Virus record (IMG/VR): IMGVR_UViG_3300023296_000874
Location: 1 to 64,000 of that record
Length of the DNA stretch: 64,000 nucleotides
Strand: one strand, 5' to 3'
In this document: positions 62,037 to 64,000 of the stretch, piece after piece
Layout of the letters: each line of letters begins with the position of its first letter
How positions within the stretch are numbered: the first letter of the stretch is position 1
Notes under the pieces: generated by a model
The model's input: the letters and a program-made list of their open reading frames with translations, nothing else
The model's database searches: none
What the model was told of the DNA's origin: nothing
Position numbers and translations under genes: made by a program

Positions 62037-62064
62037 AACGACGGATACCCCGAGGAAGTTAGAG
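62037..62064 (-). promoter_or_regulatory. putative phage promoter CTCTAAC-N17-CGTT with spacer pairing to the SD
   Basis: TTCCTCGGGT (62011-62020) versus ACCCCGAGGAA (62047-62057). Confidence 0.75.
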
Positions 62065-62084
62065 AGAACTTGTAGGTTTCGAAC

Positions 62085-63005
62085 TCAGCGGCGGGTACCA
62101 GTACGCACCATCAGGTTGAGGGTCTTCCCGCTCACTTTGAAGGTGGCTGTCTGTCCCCATGCGAACTCCAGCCGGTCAGATTCGATGCCGTCCCCGAAGA
62201 TGACTCCACCTTCCTGCATACGCGACGTCACCTTGAGAGGAGCATCCGGCTCCACATACCCTTGCTGGATTGAAACGCCTGAGAAGGGGCTGTCCCAAGC
62301 CTCTCTCACCTGAAAGATCAGCACTCCCTCTTCGGGATCTGGGAAGGGCAGAGGGTTCCGGCGCTGTGATGCGACGGAGCTTGCCCAACCCGTACAACCC
62401 GTACCGGAGCTGATGATCATACCAGAGGAGCTCTGGTACTCGGTGTGCTGCTCGTAGGCGATGTCGTACTTGGCGCTCTGATGGGAGTGGTGTCCGCAGA
62501 ACAGCTCGTTGAGGGCGATGATCTTCCGTCCCTCCTCTTGCGTTTCGTCGTCCTTGATCTCCACCTCCACCATTGAGCGGCGCTGAAGCTTGGCGGTGTT
62601 GTTCTTGAGGTAGCCGTAGAGCAAGGGGATCTCCCGCTCACGCCACACCATCATCTTCGCCTTGTAGGAGGTGTCGGGGTTGATCCCGGCGACAGTCTGC
62701 CCGTCCAGGTACTTGGCTACGTTCGGGACCAAGCCGTCCTGCCCCACAGCAACGATGATGTCACCGGGCTGAAAGACAAACCTGTCCAGATCGCTCCGGA
62801 GGCAGCTCGTCTTTCGCCAGGTGTGTGGTACATCGCGGAGGGCACGGGCAGCAACTTTCAAGGTGACGGCGTGCATCCGTTCCACCTTGTCCATCGACTG
62901 CCCCATCAGCTCAAGCCTGAACCTCGCCATCTGAACGGTCCCGTGCTCTACGAGCAGAGATTCGTACTCGGTGGTTCTGCGAACCACTACTACTCGAGGT
63001 TCCAC
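62085..63005 (-). CDS. NAD kinase-like protein (SPFH-associated type)
   Basis: GQDGLVPNVAKY, ALNELFCG, SSGMIISSGTGCTGW. Confidence 0.8.
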   Translation of the reverse strand: MEPRVVVVRRTTEYESLLVEHGTVQMARFRLELMGQSMDKVERMHAVTLKVAARALRDVPHTWRKTSCLRSDLDRFVFQPGDIIVAVGQDGLVPNVAKYLDGQTVAGINPDTSYKAKMMVWREREIPLLYGYLKNNTAKLQRRSMVEVEIKDDETQEEGRKIIALNELFCGHHSHQSAKYDIAYEQHTEYQSSSGMIISSGTGCTGWASSVASQRRNPLPFPDPEEGVLIFQVREAWDSPFSGVSIQQGYVEPDAPLKVTSRMQEGGVIFGDGIESDRLEFAWGQTATFKVSGKTLNLMVRTGTRR

Positions 63006-63014
63006 GGCTGCCTC

Positions 63015-64000
63015 CTACTTGCTGAGCTGCTGCACAGCTTCCAGCAGTCCGCCACCAATGGTCACGGAGCTGAGGTTGCTGAGGCCTGCGGGGATGCCCT
63101 GGATGGCCAGTGCGAGTGCGGCTTCACCCTTCTCCTCGAAGGCTGCGAGCTGAGCCTCAACCTCGGCCACGCGGGCTTCACCGAGCGCCTCTTCCTGAGC
63201 GACGGTCTGAGCGTCCACGGAGATCCGAATGGCGAGTGCCTGCTCGTCGGAAGCAGCCTTGTTCTCGAGGCGCTGGGCCTCGGCGTTGGCGGCGTCCTCG
63301 AGCTGACGTGCGGAGGTGAGCTCCTGAGCCCTGAGGTTGGCCTCAGTCTTCTTGCGCCCCTGCTCCAACTCGGCGTCCGTGCGGATGCTCACAACAGCAG
63401 CGGAGCTGGCTTCCGAGGCCTCACTGTTCACGCGGTCCTGAGCGATCAGGGCCTCGCGCTGCTTGGCGAGCAGAAGCTTGTTGTTCAGTGCCGCTTCCTC
63501 GATGGCACGCTCCTTCTCAGTAGCGTTGGCACGCCGGTCGAAGGTGGCCTCGTCAGCTTCCTGCTTGAGGCGCTCGTTGGTCTTGGTCTGGAGGGCCTGA
63601 GCAACGTCCCGGTTGGGCTTGATGCTGGTCACGCTTGCGGCGAACACCTCGATGCCGATGTCCAGCGCCTGGAGGGCGGCAAGCACAACGTCGGAGATGG
63701 CCTTGGGGTCATCCACAAGCAGCGGCTCGAGCTCCTGCTGGGAGATGTAGCTCCACGCCGCCTGCTGCGCCGTGTTGGTCAGCACCGTGGCGATGTCCGT
63801 GGAAGGGTCGCCCAGCGGAGTGCCGGTGTCGGTGTCCACAGCGAAGTTGAAGCGGGAGGCGATGTTGAGCGCCGCTTCAACTCCTACGCGCCACTGGCCC
63901 GTCGCGCTGACGGTGACGTCCTGGAAGTCCTTGGTGCGGCAGTTGAAGGTCAGCGGGACGGTCTGGTCCACGACTGGTACCTCAGAGAGGCTCGTGCCCT
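63015..64000 (-). CDS. SPFH/Band-7 domain protein, 5' truncated by window edge
   Basis: Frame open to window end (GTSLSEVPVVDQTVPLTFNCRTKDFQDVTV...) then Ala/Glu coiled coil. Confidence 0.85.
   Translation of the reverse strand, partial: GTSLSEVPVVDQTVPLTFNCRTKDFQDVTVSATGQWRVGVEAALNIASRFNFAVDTDTGTPLGDPSTDIATVLTNTAQQAAWSYISQQELEPLLVDDPKAISDVVLAALQALDIGIEVFAASVTSIKPNRDVAQALQTKTNERLKQEADEATFDRRANATEKERAIEEAALNNKLLLAKQREALIAQDRVNSEASEASSAAVVSIRTDAELEQGRKKTEANLRAQELTSARQLEDAANAEAQRLENKAASDEQALAIRISVDAQTVAQEEALGEARVAEVEAQLAAFEEKGEAALALAIQGIPAGLSNLSSVTIGGGLLEAVQQLSK

Noticed and set aside
63981-63987. CTCTGAG -35-like element on the minus strand
   Set aside because: Inside the open SPFH frame and no CGTT at the 17-nt spacing
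1-64000. CRISPR array, rRNA, integrase/transposase, alternative genetic code
   Set aside because: No regularly spaced repeats or signature motifs seen; TAA, TAG and TGA all terminate well-supported genes with normal coupling

Overview
This window looks like a 64-kb segment of a GC-rich large (jumbo-type) tailed-phage genome rather than a cellular chromosome. It holds about 110 tightly packed, often translationally coupled ORFs, mostly on the minus strand and mostly small hypotheticals. Recognisable phage accessory genes include an endolysin-like protein, dNMP kinase, dCMP deaminase, DEDDh exonuclease, MazG-like and two NUDIX hydrolases, two metallophosphoesterases, two nucleotidyltransferases, a Pnk-like kinase/phosphatase, an AAA+ ATPase and an ATP-grasp protein. 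It also carries translation genes (IF3, LysRS, two divergent bL12-like proteins) and NAD/PRPP/CoA-related enzymes. All three stop codons are used normally. I found no CRISPR array, rRNA, intact tRNA, integrase or transposase. A Myxococcota/deltaproteobacterial host is a tentative inference. Three window-wide patterns stand out. (1) At least 17 mostly unrelated proteins carry the same short terminal peptide tag, about [DSN]-R-[LMI]-x-[LM]-L-[ML]-[DE], conserved at protein level but not DNA level. (2) A bipartite promoter-like motif, NTCT[GA]A[CG]-N17-CGTT, occurs at 16 intergenic sites, often inside inverted repeats that would occlude the downstream ribosome-binding site. (3) An ECF-sigma-like protein is fused to four copies of an unrecognised ~70-aa domain, sits beside a stand-alone single copy of that domain, and has the motif upstream of its own gene. 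All family assignments are from motif recognition by eye; no database search was run.
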